Part shown: one piece after another, positions 10,620 through 23,289 of the stretch
Numbering within the stretch: the first letter of the stretch is position 1
Layout of the letters: each line of letters begins with the position of its first letter
Assembly: GCF_032191835.1 (NCBI RefSeq)
Contig: NC_083228.1
Span: 71,982,001 to 72,046,000, forward strand
Direction of reading: 5' to 3'
Source of the DNA: Heteronotia binoei
Lineage: Eukaryota
DNA length: 64,000 nucleotides
Notes under the pieces: generated by a model
Told to the model about the DNA's origin: nothing
The model's input: the letters and a program-made list of their open reading frames with translations, nothing else
Database searches by the model: none
Translations under genes and position numbers: made by a program

Positions 10620-13095
10620 TGAATGTATGTATGTATTTATTTATTTATTATAACCCTCCCTTCCCTCAATGGGCTCAGGGCAGGAAAAACCAATTAATAA
10701 ATATACAGAGTTAAAATTAATTAATACAATAAAACAATATAATAATTTTAAAAAAAAGCCAAATTCTTCAATGGGAGCTTCTTCCACTAGTTAGAGGCCA
10801 GGACAGAAATGTCCTGGCCTGGGTTGAGGCTAAGTGGACTTCTTTTGGGCCAGAGATCACCAGAAAATGTTGATCCATGGAGCGTAAAGTTCTCCGGGGG
10901 GGGGGGTATATGGGAAGAGGCAGTCCTGTGGATATGTTGGTCCCAGGCCATTCAGGGCTTTAAAGGTCAAGACCAAAATTTTGAACCAGATCCAGTTCTC
11001 AACTGGTAGCCAGTGCAGCTGGCAGAGCACCGGCTGTATGCATGCCCGTAAAGACACTGAAACAAGCAGGCACACCACCGCATTCTGCACCAGCTGGGGG
11101 TTCCGGGTTAGATCCAAGTGCAAGTCCACGTAGAGTGAATTGCAGTAATCCAGTCTGGAAGTGACCTTTGCATGGGTCACTGTGGCCAGATCCCAGGCAG
11201 AAAGGTAGGGAGTCAGCTGTCTCATCTGCCATAGATAGCATGTGCCAAATAAGGAATGTTTATTTTAAGCTGATGAGAGGTTTGTGTATGTATGAGTTGG
11301 TTATAGTTTGTTAAGGAATAATCCCTGAGGAAGCTGTGAACATGGAACACTGTCACAAGCCAGAGGAGGTGCTGGGGTGGGGCTGCTTTGGCAGCTCATG
11401 AAGGATTTTGCTTTGGTAGCTTGTGGAAGAACACTGAATTCTAAGCTACCTAGATTTATTTCTTACAAAGCTACTGAAGTTGATTTCCTACTAGGCTTAT
11501 GGATACAATATCTGGAATGAATTTCTGAATTGGGGAAAGAAAAAAGACCTGGAGGAAAGTTATTTATATATATGGTGGTTTATGTTGAGTGCTGGATGTT
11601 TATGAATTGTGTGTAAATCTTGTTGATTGTATGTTGTAAATTCTATTGTATATTATATGAATTTCTATGATAGTGTGTATATTTCAACAATTTGAATATT
11701 GGCTTGCACAATCAATTTTCTTTACTTCAGTTGTTCCTGTGCATTCCTTACTTCTTCGGTAGATAGTAAAAGGCAGACCTGGATACAAAAGTGACCTGGG
11801 CCTCTATGGAAATGAGGCATCCAGGATCACCACAAAGCTCCACAACCTTGGTGCCAACAACGATAGTGCCCTGCCAATGGTTGGGAGCCTCATTCCTGTA
11901 CTTATCCCACCTCAGCCAGACACAAGACCTCTGTCTTTGATGGATTTAGCTTCAGCTGGCTCTCTTGCAACCACCCTACCATGGCCTCCAGTGAACAGCC
12001 CAGATATCCTGGGGCAGAGTCTGGGTGGCTGTCTATCAACAGATAGAGCATATTGAGGGCAACCCAACCCATACCTCAATACTAACTGGGCAAGGTGGCG
12101 CATATAGATATTAAACAACATTGGTGACAAAACTGCTCTCTGCAGCACTCTGCATTCTAATGGGAGCTACTGGGAGACAGTGTCACCGATTGCCACCCTC
12201 TATTCCTGACTCCAGAGAAAGGAGGAAAACCACTGCAAGGTAGTCCCCTTCACTCCTACATTGGCAAGATGGGAGGTCAAAAGATAATAATTGACCATAT
12301 CAAACGCTGCTGTCAGATCTAACAATAATAGCAACGCTGACCCTCCTCAATCCATACGTCTCTGGAGGTCATCTGAGAGAGTAACCAATGCTGTCTCCTC
12401 CACCCCATGGCCAGGTCAGAAACCAGACTGGAATGAGTCCAGGACAGATGCTTCATCCAGGAAAACCTGGAGTTGTTTGGCAACCACTCTCTCAATCACC
12501 TTACCCAGGAATGGTAAGTTTGATACTGGGTGGTAACTGGATGGAACCATAGGGTCCAATGATGGTTTCTTCAGGAGTGGCCACACCATTGCCTCTTTCA
12601 GTCCCACTGGAAAACCCATGACAAGAGGGACAAGTTGACAATCTCTTCCAGGGGGACCTGGGCCCCATCCCTACAGGCTTTGACCTGCCAGGACAGGCAC
12701 GGGTCTAAGAGGCAGGTGATTGGCTTCACAGCGGCCAGGACCCTGTTGACATCTTCCCAGGACAGCCAGCTGAATTGATCCAACAAGGACTAGAAGATGG
12801 ACAAGGGCTTCCAGTACCATTACTGCATCAAGTGTGGTTGGGAAATCCTGGCAGCGCAACAGGATTTTATTTGCGAAATACCTCACAAAAGCCTCACAGC
12901 TAATATCCAATTCCTTATTGCTTTGCTTGCTCTGTGGCAGAGCAGTTAACAATCAAATTGTCCTAAATAACTGGGCCGGGTGCAAGTTCACAGACGCAAT
13001 GGAGGCTGCATAGAGGTCCCTCTTCACAGTCTTCATTGCCACCTCATAGGCCTCCATAAGCATCCTATAAGATGTTCTTGATGCTTCATCATGGA
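10620..13095 (-). mobile_element. L2-clade LINE, 5'-truncated and degraded
   Basis: Minus-strand peptides LKEAMVWPLLKKPSLDP..YHPVSNLPFLGKVIE, FQSGF, LSPMLFNIYMRHL, SRLDYCNSLY..QLVQNA; (TAAA)n-type tail at ~10620-10650. Confidence 0.88.
11239..11759. mobile_element. Unclassified 521-bp AT-rich insertion with 7-bp TSD (TAGATAG) inside the L2
   Basis: TAGATAG at 11232-11238 and 11760-11766. Removing the insert restores the L2 frame SAFYYLWQMRQLTPYL. Confidence 0.8.
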
Positions 13096-14381
13096 TATGC
13101 TGCCACTTTCACTCTAGCCTTCTCAGCATTAGCACATAATAACAGTTAAAAATAGCACTGATTTCTTCTCTTTTATCTAGTTATCACTGGACCTGAGATT
13201 TGAATTGTTTTACTGCACGTTGCTACATACCCATCCCAGTAACCACACAAACCCCAAGTTCTGAAATTTACATGTGACATGCTATTTCATGTCCTATAAA
13301 CATATTGAAAAACCCAATTTTACATAGAAAACTTTTCTTCTGGCAGAAAAAATATGCAGTATAAGCCTGAAACAGAACAAATGTTATCATTATTATGACC
13401 AATAAAGATTGCAAGTAAATGAACATTTAGCTTTAGCAATGGCTGGCAGGGAGAAAAAATCCATAGTTGCTTATGTGATTTATGGAATGACTTCTCCCAA
13501 GTTAACCAAGGGCTTAGATTAGAAAATGATTTTTCTTGGCAATCTCCCCCCACCAATATCATGCGAAGCTTGTAAATAATAGATTTCCTCCCCACCAATC
13601 AAATCCACGTTCCCCTAATGTACTGGAATATTTTGTCTTGTTCTTTAGCTGCTGAAGCATCAGCCACCAAAAAACCACAAAATAAAAAGAAAAAAGCTTT
13701 TATAGCAATGGCACTCATTTGAAACTCACTCAGTTCTTACCTTCAGTAATTAGATCAATCTTTTTTTAAATACCCAGCAGATATTCAGAAGGTGAGGTTA
13801 AGTGCTGTTTTTTTAATATATAGTATTGAGTTTCAGCAACTGCTACACAGGTTTAGCTATTATCATTTGTATTGCTATATTTTTTGTTCATAAGTATGGT
13901 AATATTTGCATGGTTTTTAATGGTGATTTTCATCAGCTATTTTGAAGGCCTTTTGGAACATGTTATTCAGGTAATCCATCAGCCAATCAAATTGCAGCAG
14001 AGCAGAGGTTATCTAGACACTTGTGCACCAGATTGTAATCATGTGCCTGGGCATTTCTAGGAAGCAGAGTCAATTTGAGAAAAGGAACATTTAAGAATCA
14101 CCCAATTAACTGTATCTTTACCTTTATATACATCAGCTGAAGTCTAATTAGATGGTTGCATAAGTACAAAAAACCCATTGTTCCTCCATTTTATCTGCAT
14201 GGTATTCTAGATTCCTTGACTCAACACAGAACACAATTGAAATAACATAGAATTTTCTAAAAAGTTTAGTAATTTAATCTTTTCCTCCATGTTCAATGGT
14301 TTGATGTGTAACAATCATGTTCTTCAAGCATTTTTTGTATTCCTAAAATGATTTAGACACATGTGCGCTTTGCAGTAAGAA

Positions 14382-14795
14382 TAGGGTTGCCAAGTCTGAC
14401 TCAGGAAATACCTGAGGACTTCTGGGGTGGATTGTGACAAGCATGATTGAACTCCAAAGGGAGTTCCAGTCATCACATTTAAAGGGACCACACTCCTTTT
14501 AAATGCCTTCCCTTCATTGGAAATATTGGAGGATGGGGGCACTTTATTCTGGGGCTCATAGAATTGGACCCCCTCAATGCTATGCTGAAAATCTGGTGCC
14601 TCTACCTCAAAAACAGCCCTTCCAGAGCCCCAGATACCCTCGGATCAATTCTCCATTATACCTTATGGGGACCAGTTTCCATAAGGTATAATGGAATGCC
14701 TAGTGGACATCTCCTGCCTTGTGTTTTCTTTTGTTTGGAGGGAGGGCCTCCAAACCTGGGGATCCCCTGTCTCCAACTAAGGATTGGCAGTTCTA
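14382..14795. mobile_element. hAT-type non-autonomous DNA transposon (TIR TAGGGTTGCCA...)
   Basis: Starts tagggttgccaagtc, ends degenerate ttggcagttcta. Flanks agtaagaa / ggtaaaaa resemble a decayed 8-bp TSD. Related copies at 18009-18411 and ~40520-40730. Confidence 0.7.
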
Positions 14796-14910
14796 GGTAA
14801 AAATGTTAACACCATCTAAAAAGTAGAATATCAGTTGCCTAGCCCTATGAGTTCTCAAATTAGGAATGAGGCTCACTGGTCAACATTTAGTGGGTCTAGC
14901 CATTTGTGAG

Positions 14911-15456
14911 AACCGCTTGTGCCTTATGAGCAACTGACTTGACTTTTGTGCTTATATTGTATTGAACACTGGTTCCAGGATTGTTAATTTATGAAAAAAC
15001 GTGGCTTTATTGCCACATGGGAGAACTGTCTGTGCTTTTTGAGAAAATGACCACTGTTTTTTGTGCTAGTATTGTACTGAGCACTGGTTCCAGAATAATT
15101 GAGTAATTTGTCAGATGAAGGATGCTACTGAAACACGCTCATATTACCTGAAGTGTGTCACTATCATACTATAATTCTGGAGAGAATCATTAGCACCTTT
15201 TGAGTACTTACAGTACCGAAGAATATTTCCAGTTACATTTTGCTAGTGTACTCTATGAATGTGTTCTAGCAAATTGGCTTTGTGATTGTTACATATATGT
15301 TATAGTGTAAATAGATACTCTATGTATGTTATGATTATGAGTGTATATTAAGTTGCAAATCATGCTTTAATATTCATACATTCAGACTTATTCAATTATA
15401 GTGTGTAGTAATATTGAGTATAAATTGTAATTTTTGGCATGGTTATCAACAGGTTT
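14911..15456. mobile_element. Unclassified 546-bp insert flanked by a 138-bp direct duplication (14773-14910 / 15457-15594)
   Basis: The two 138-bp flanks differ at 16 positions by manual count (~88% identical), and homology stops sharply on both sides. Confidence 0.7.
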
Positions 15457-16250
15457 CCAATTGGGGATCAGCAGTTCTAGATAAGAATGTTAACAGTACC
15501 TAAAAAGTAGAATATGAGTTACCTAGCCCCATGAGTTCTCAAATTAGGAATGAAGCCCACTGGTCAACATTTAGTGGGTCTAGCCATTTCTGAGCATATA
15601 TTCTAACCATACCTCCCCTAGCCAGGCTTTTGCCATTAGCTTGCCTACCCAACCTTTAGATATCATGGGATTAGCTGGTCATCATTTGGGGCCAACCTGG
15701 AATTTTTGGGGTTTCCTGGATTACCTAGAGGGGGAGTCCTTTTCATCTGCCTTGTAATATCATAGGGTAAGTTGCTGCATTTAGAAAGATGTATACTACA
15801 GGGGGTTTTTTTTATTTCAGCGGGCATTGGCTGGAAAACTGTTCTGATGGATTGTTACCCAGACTGCCTATTTTATTGGATGGGAAAATTAGCTTAAAAT
15901 ATAGAGGCAGCAGAAGGGATATGCAAACAAGATCTTGTAGATGAATAAATACTGAGGTCCACTGCAAGAGGAAAACTTCCAATAACTGACACTTAATTAA
16001 AGTAAAAATAGCTGCATTATTTAAAAGTACTGATACTAATTAAACACATATACAGAAAAGAATGATCAAATATTACATTCTCTGCTTGGGACAAAAAGCC
16101 TGTCAGGACTCTCCAAAAGGGTTTCTGCCTAAGGGTGCAAAACAGGCACCCTGAAGGCCTCCATCCTCCCCACCTCGTTATGGAATGTCAACAACAATGG
16201 GTTCTACCAAGTACAGTATACTGTATTTCTATAGCTGGCAAACAGCCTAT

Positions 16251-16537
16251 GGCTGATTTCGCACTGACCTTTTACTGGCGCGACCACCCTCCTCACGCCG
16301 GCGGATCTGCAGGGATTTCGCACCAGAAGCGCCGGCGCAGCCAAAAGAGCCGGCAACTTCCGTCCCGAAGCCAGCTCAAACGGAAACCGCCAAGAAGCAG
16401 GAAAACGTTTGAGCTGGCTTCGCGATGGAAGTAGCCGGCTCTTTTGGCTGCGCCGGCGCTTCTGGTGCGAAATCCCTGCAGATCCGCCGGCGTGAGGAGG
16501 GTGGTTGCGCCAGTAAAAGGTCAGTGCGAAAACGCCC
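16251..16537. mobile_element. 287-bp hairpin (fold-back) MITE, copy 1; possibly PIF/Harbinger-type
   Basis: 132-bp inverted arms (16251-16382, 16406-16537; 7 mismatches) around a 23-bp spacer. Terminus consensus GGGCGTTTTCGCACT. CpG-rich. Confidence 0.85.
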
Positions 16538-18008
16538 AAAGTCTAATCCCCTAATCTTATTTTCCCAACTCTCTCTCACTTGATGACTAACTCCTCTCTC
16601 TTCCTGCTGTAAAGTGAAAACAGCTAAATCAGGGTGTGGTGTATATATGCAATCTGCTCCCATAGAACAGAATGGAAGCTCCATGGTTGGCTGCCAGAGC
16701 TGTCAATAAAACTATGGGCAATTACTATGGGTGTTTCTAGGATTCACCACAAGCCTACCTCCAGTATTGCTTAGGAACTAATTTAATTGATGTCAGACTG
16801 TCTAGCCAAACTGCTCTAACAAACCACTTGAACCTTCACTGAAAAAATGGTGGTTCGTTGTTGTTTCAGAAATAGTGCAACCAAATGGACTGGGTCAAAA
16901 TGAAGCACAAACTATACCAGTTTTAAAAAATCAGTCATTTTGTGGTTGATGTCCATCCCTAATAGGGACAACAACACACTGTTACAGATTTCTGGCCACA
17001 AACATACCCAAGGATCTAAGTAAGTGACAGAACACTGACTAGGAATGACTGCAGCTAACAAAAATAATAATTTTCCTATTTCTTAAAGGATTGTTGGCCC
17101 CTTTTTGGTAACTATTTAATACACTATAACAAAAAAAGAAAGTATAGGTGATGAAAAAACAAAATATTATAAATACTGGAAACAATGGTAACAAATAAGT
17201 GGGTAAAGCTTTTATCTCCTGAAAAGGGGAACAGATGAAACTGATCTGTGGCCAAAAAATTTGGCAGTCTCAGAATACCCAGTCTGAGATATTACAGCAC
17301 TTAGAACATGGGACTAAGCAAAAAAAGCTTTGCTAAGGAGAGATCCACTAGGAACTTTTATTTTGAAAGATCCAGCAAACCAAATGGAAACTGTATACAT
17401 TCAGATTCTGTTAATCTGTAAAGCAATTGTAAAGGAACTAGATTGTTCTCTGGCTGCAGAAGACCTCTACAGTAGACCCATGGTAGATTTGTTTTTGTAT
17501 TTCATCTCTCTTTTTTAATCTGCACAAGCTACCAGACTTACTTGCACAGATAAACTGTGTTCTGCAGATTTTGGGTTTTAACAGAAAAGTTATGCACATG
17601 CTTTCCTAATGACAGAAACTACACTAGGCTTCCCAATCCCCAGGTCCCATCAGGGGATTCCCCGGTTTTACAGGCTCCTCCTCCACAGCCCTATACCTCT
17701 AGATCTTGGGCAGGACTGCAAGCAGGTCCAGTTTTAAAATGTGTGTGTGCCTTTAAATTGGAGCAAGAAGTACTTCATGGGGAAGGGTTAGCAACAGCAG
17801 ACCTCATGAGAGTGCAGCCCCTCTGTTTGTTTTGCTTTCCTTTCAGACAAGTGAGTGTGTGTGTAAAAGAGCGGCGTAGCCCCTGTACTTTGCAGACCTC
17901 GTTGTGGAGGCACCAGAGACTGCTGCTTTGTTCTACTGCTTCAGACCAACACGGCTGCCCACTTGCACCAGAGATAGTTAAGCATGTGTGTGAGTGAGAG
18001 AGAGAAAA

Positions 18009-18411
18009 TGGGGGGGGGGACTCTATTATTCCCTATGGAGACTTATTCTCATAGGAAATAATGGAGAATTGATCCACGGGTATCTGGGGTTCTGGGGGGG
18101 GGCTGTTTTTTGAGGTTGAAGCACCAGATTTGCGGCATAGCATCCAGTACCTCTCCCCAAAATACCCCCTAAATTTCAAAAAGATTGGACCAGGGGATCC
18201 AATTCTATGAGCCCCAAAAGAAGGTGCCCCTATCCTTCATTATGAAGGGAAGAGATTTAAAAGATGTGTGGTTCCTTTAAATGTGATGGCCAGAACTCCC
18301 TTGAAGTTCAGTTATGCTTGTCACACCCTTGCTCCTGGCTCCGCCCCCAATGTTTCCTGGCTCCACCTCCAAAGTCCCCAAATATTTCTTGAATTGGACT
18401 TGGCAACCCTA
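18009..18411. mobile_element. hAT-type MITE (same family as 14382-14795, opposite orientation), partial
   Basis: Ends gacttggcaacccta and shares the internal blocks atctgggg..ctgttttttgagg and aattctatgagcccc. Confidence 0.7.
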
Positions 18412-19222
18412 AACTACACTCAGTGCTGCTTTGCTTAAGCAGCTTCATGCTTCACGTTACAGGCAATAGCAATAACATATAGGGTTGTGTTCTGGGTTCT
18501 CCCAAACCCAGGGAAAGGGAGAAGGTTCTTTTTAACACAGGCAGGAAAACACCAAAGTCCTTCAGAGAGCCTATGTCTTCTCTTCAGGCTAAAAAGTAAG
18601 TTGCCACCTGGCTCTGAGACTATTCCCAACTGCTCAAGAGGCACAGCCACCCTCTGAACTTCTCAGGGAAGTTATTCCAGAAGTCAGCCCTTCATGGTAG
18701 GCTTGCAGCACTGATTTTCCACACAAAATCTTTAACCACAGGCAAGCAAGTCAAGACTCTGGATTTAGGCTTGAGGCTGTAGACAAGATTTCACACAAGA
18801 TTATTCAAATAAATGATTTATTTAAGTGCAAATATATATTTAAAAACAAGGCTTGTGAAGGAATAACAAAAAAAACCCTTTATTTTTCCAGGCTGACTAG
18901 CATATAGAAACATACAATACCAAGATTCCAGGCAGGCAGGCAGCTCACAAGACAAGGTAAAGGCTTCGGCCAAGTTTAGCTTCCGAACTGCTAGCTACCA
19001 CTGACATGGCTTTGGTGTCAGAGGGCAAGCAACAGCCTCCAAAAAGCTCACAGCTCCAAAGCAGAGTATAGTTTAATTTATAAAATAGAGTTAGCCTGCC
19101 CCCTGAGTCCTTGGAGCCAATCAGAGTCTATGAGGTGACATAATGCTTCTCATTGTTGCAAGAGGAACAAAGTGTCACGTAACTACCAATTTGTCCTTGA
19201 TTCTCAAGACTTCAGAGGGTTA

Positions 19223-19298
19223 CATAAGAACATAAGAGAAGCCATGTTAGATCAGGCCAGTGGCCCATCCAGTCCAACACTCTGTGTCACACAGTGGC

Positions 19299-19377
<79 letters not shown>

Positions 19378-21587
19378 AATCGCCCTTTGGGTGAAGAAGT
19401 ACTTCCTTTTATCCGTTTTAACCTGTCTGCTCAGCAATTTCATCGAATGCCCACGAGTTCTTGTATTGTGAGAAAGGGAGAAAACTACCTCTTTCTCTAC
19501 TTTCTCCATCCCATGCATTATCTTGTAAACCTCTATCATGTCATTCCACAGTCGATGTTTCTCCAAGCTAAAGAGTTCCAAGCGTTTTAACCTTTCTTCA
19601 TAGGGAAAGTGTTCCAGCCCTTTAATCATTCTAGTTGCCCTTTTCTGGACTTTCTCCAATGCTATAATATCCTTTTTGAGGTGCGGCGACCAGAACTGCA
19701 CACAGTACTTCAAATGAGACCGCACCATCGATTTATACAGGGGCATTATGATACTGCCTGATTTGTTTTCAATTCCCTTCCTAATAATTCCCAGCATGGC
19801 GTTGGCCTTTTTTATTGCAAACGCACACTGTCTTGACATTTTCAGTGAGTTATCTATCACAACCCCAAGATGTCTCTCTTGGTCAGTCTCTGCCAGTTCA
19901 CACCCCATCAACTTGTATTTGTAGCTGGGATTCTTGGCCCCAATGTGCATTACTTTGCACTTGGCCACATTGAACCTCATCTGCCACGTTGACGCCCACT
20001 CACCCAGCCTCAACAGATCCCTTTGGAGTTCCTCACAATCCTCTCTGGTTCTCACCACCCTGAACAATTTAGTGTCATCCACAAACGTGGCTACTTCACT
20101 GCTCACTCCCAACTCTAAATCATTTATGAACAAGTTAAAGAGCATGGGACCCACTACCAAGTCCTGCGGCACCCCACTACTTACCGTCCTCCACTGCGAA
20201 GACTGCCCATTTATACTCACTCTCTGCTTCCTATTACTCAGCCAGTTTTTGATCCACAAGAAGACCTGTCCTTTTACTCCATGACTCTCACACTTTCTAA
20301 GGAGCCTTTGATGAGGAACTTTATCAAAAGCTTTCCGGAAGTCAAGGTAAACAACATCTATCGGTTGTCCTTTGTCCACATGTTTGTTCACCCCCTCAAA
20401 GAAATGTAACAGGTTAGTGAGGCAAGATCTTCCCTTACAGAACCCATGCTGAGTCTTCCTCAATAACCCGTGTCCATCAATGTGCCTACTCATTCTGTCC
20501 TTGATAACGCTTTCTACCAACTTTCCCGGTATTGAAGTCAGACTGACTGGCCTGTAATTTCCCGGATCTCCTCTGGAACCCTTTTTAAAGATGGGGGTGA
20601 CATTTGCTACCTTCCAGTCCTCAGGAACGGAGGCAGATTTTAATGAAAGATTACAGATTTTTGTTAAAAGATCCACAAGTTCAACTTTGAGTTCTTTCAG
20701 AACTCTCGGATGTATGCCATCCGGACCCAATAAATTATTAGTTTTTAATTTGTCTATCAGTTGTAGGACCTCCTCTTTTGTTACCTCAATCTGACTCAGG
20801 TCTTTCAACACCCCTTCCAAAATTAGTGGTTCTTGGACGGGCAAAAAGTAAACACTTCTCATCTTCCACAGTGAAGACGGAGGCAAAAAATTCATTCAGC
20901 TTCTCAGCCATTTCCCTGTCCTCCTTCAGTAATCCTTTTACCCCATGGTCATCCAAGGGCCCCACTGCCTCCCTGGCTGGTTTCCTGCTTCTAATATATT
21001 TGAAGAAATTTTTATTGTTGGTCTTTATGTTTTTTGCAATATGCTCCTCATAGTCCCTTTTTGCCTGCCTGATCACAGTCTTGCATTTGATTTGCCACAG
21101 CCTGTGTTCCCTTTTACTAATCTCACTTGGACTGGTTTTCCATCGCTTAAAGGAGTCCTTCTTACCTTTTACAGCTTCTATTACTTTGTTTGTTAACCAT
21201 GCAGGCCTTTTCTTATGCCTGTTTGTGCCTTTCCTAACTTGTGGTATGTATTTTATCTGAGCTTCTAGGATTATAGTTTTAAATAGTCTCCAAGCTTCCC
21301 CAAGGGTTTTGACAGTATTTACCTTTCCTTTCAGTTTCTGAAATCTCAGGATGCCTCCTCATCTCAGAGAATTTACCCCTTTTAAAGTTATACGTGGTTG
21401 TGGCGGTCTTTTTGGGCAACTCCTTATTTATACAAACGGTGAAAAATCAATAACATTATGGTCACTGCTCCCAAGCGGCGCAATCACTTTTACATCTCTC
21501 ACCAAGTCTTGGGCATTACTTAGGACCAAATCCAGGATTGCCCCACCCCTGGTTACCTTCAGTTGCATGGAATCTCTTAATTGGAAG
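19223..21587 (-). mobile_element. CR1 LINE, 5'-truncated (EN C-terminus + RT + 3'UTR), young-looking
   Basis: 530-codon open frame 19303-20895 with GPDGIHPRVLKEL, WKVANVTPIFKKG, YRPVSLTSIPGK, QHGFCKGRSCLTNLL, VYLDFRKAFDKV, GVPQDLVVGPMLFNLFINDL, FVDDTKL. EN remnant TRGGAILDLVL..LGSSDHN at ~21430-21570. Tail (TTCTTATG)n at 19223. Confidence 0.95.
19304..19374. repeat. (TA)~35 microsatellite within the CR1 3'UTR
   Basis: Directly visible. Confidence 0.95.
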
Positions 21588-21608
21588 CCATTAGGGATGG
21601 TACCAACC

Positions 21609-21794
21609 AGGACTTTTTTTGTAGCAGGAACTTCTTTGCATATTAGGCCACACAGCCCTGACATAGCCAGTCCTCTTGGAGCTTACAGTAGGCCCTGTAC
21701 TAAGAGTCCTGTAAGCTCTTGGAGAATTGGCTACAATGGGTGTGTGTATGTATGGCATTATATGCAAAGACGTTCCTGCTACAAAAAAAGCCCT
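21609..21794. mobile_element. Palindromic MITE (TIR aggg/acttttttttgtagcaggaactcc...); second copy ~49238-49380
   Basis: Inverted ends ctttttttgtagcaggaact..ctttgcatattaggccacac / tatgcaaa...gttcctgctacaaaaaaagccct. Confidence 0.7.
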
Positions 21795-23289
21795 GAACTA
21801 CCTGCAGGTGTAGATAACTGTACTTGAAGGGTGCACTTGCATCATTCCAATTAGCCCTTTTGAGAGAAGTTGGGGGAGAGGGTTACAGTTAAGAGTCCTA
21901 GTTGGGATCTTAAAGTCAAACCTCTTGATCAGAGTTTAAAGTCAGGCCTCTTGTCAAAGTTTTGTTAGGAACCTGAAAAAGCACTACAAGTTGTCAGCTC
22001 TGGGTTGAGAAATACCTGGACATTTTGGAGGTGGAGCCTGAAGAGGGGAGGGAAGGGACTTCAATAGGGTATAACACCACAGTATCCACCTTCAAAAGCA
22101 GCCATTTTCTCTTAGTGGAGTAATTTTTAGGAAATCTGCAGCCACCACCTATAGGCTACAACCACCTGGAGGTTGGCAATACTAATGCAGCATCCCTGGA
22201 AGTACTTTGGTGCTAAAGCAAATGTACTTATGCAGATATTAGGTTGATAACAGCATAAACTGTGATTTTATGGATTTTGTAATTGTTATTTTTATTATGT
22301 TTTTACAATGTTTTATTTCTATTGTAAGCCACTGTGAGTTCCACAAGGGAAAGAGGTGACTAACAACCCTTATGAATAAACAAATAAATAATGGAAATGG
22401 TTTTTTGACTGACATTTCAGCAGGGATTTGTTGTTGGTGGTGGTGGTAGTTTATTTGAACACATGAAAATTGTTGAGTGCATGCAAGTGCCTTAGCTCCA
22501 GAGAAACAGGGAGCAAACAGAGCAGATTGTTTGAAGGATAAGGAAAGGAGGACATAGTGAATACATTGATGGTCAGTGAGAAACTGGGTACCTACACCCA
22601 GTGTAAGGAATTACAAAATCCTATAGTACTAGCATGATTACAGGTGACAGAGAAATATGAAGGAAAACTTGAAAGTTGTGGATGGGAGGATAGGTATTTT
22701 GAAAAGGTGGGTAAATACCATCTATTAATTAAAATATAACAACAAAAAAGTTGGTTACAGGCTTCTAGCATAGATAGCAAGGCCAGAAGTCTACTTACTT
22801 TGCCTCTTAGAATCTTGAAAATGTAAAACGTTATTTTTGGGTTTATATATTTTAGAAGAAATTATGAGATGGATTAATCTCTCCAGTGGCAAAGGACAGC
22901 CAAGGATGATTGCAAAATAAAACCAGCATCTACTTTTGTGCAATTGGCAGTAGTCCACAGGGCAAATAAAACACCAAGGCTGTTGATATATTACATTCCT
23001 GGCTGAGTGAGCCTGCAGTAAAATAGTAATAATTTGTGGTATTTAAATGCCACAAGAACAAGGAATGCTCATGTATTGATTCTAAATAATCATTTTATAG
23101 TATGGAGTATATATGATATGTTCAGTCCAGCTAGTAATTCATATGAGATTAAAAATATGAGAGGAAATTGTACAATTTAAAAACCATGGCACTAGTCCCA
23201 ATCCCTGGCACCGTAGGTACACTTGTCAGCCTCAGTCCAGCAGTTCCTTGCATGCAAGATAAGCTCTAAAACACACATTAGGAAAGCTT

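Larger units (their letters stand above)
18488..21988 (-). mobile_element. Probable solo LTR (~0.9 kb net) hosting a CR1 and a MITE
   Basis: Begins TGT.., ends ..ACA; flanks GGTTG / AGTTG (5-bp TSD, 1 mismatch). On the minus strand there are CCAAT-, TATAAA- and AATAAA-like motifs. Confidence 0.55.

Noticed and set aside
16135-16539. Overlapping ORFs on both strands (also at 44379-44731)
   Set aside because: An artefact of stop-poor GC-rich palindromic MITEs, which give near-identical peptides on both strands.
19172-19590. ORFs with poly(YI) tracts (also 36685-36906)
   Set aside because: Translations of (TA)n microsatellites.
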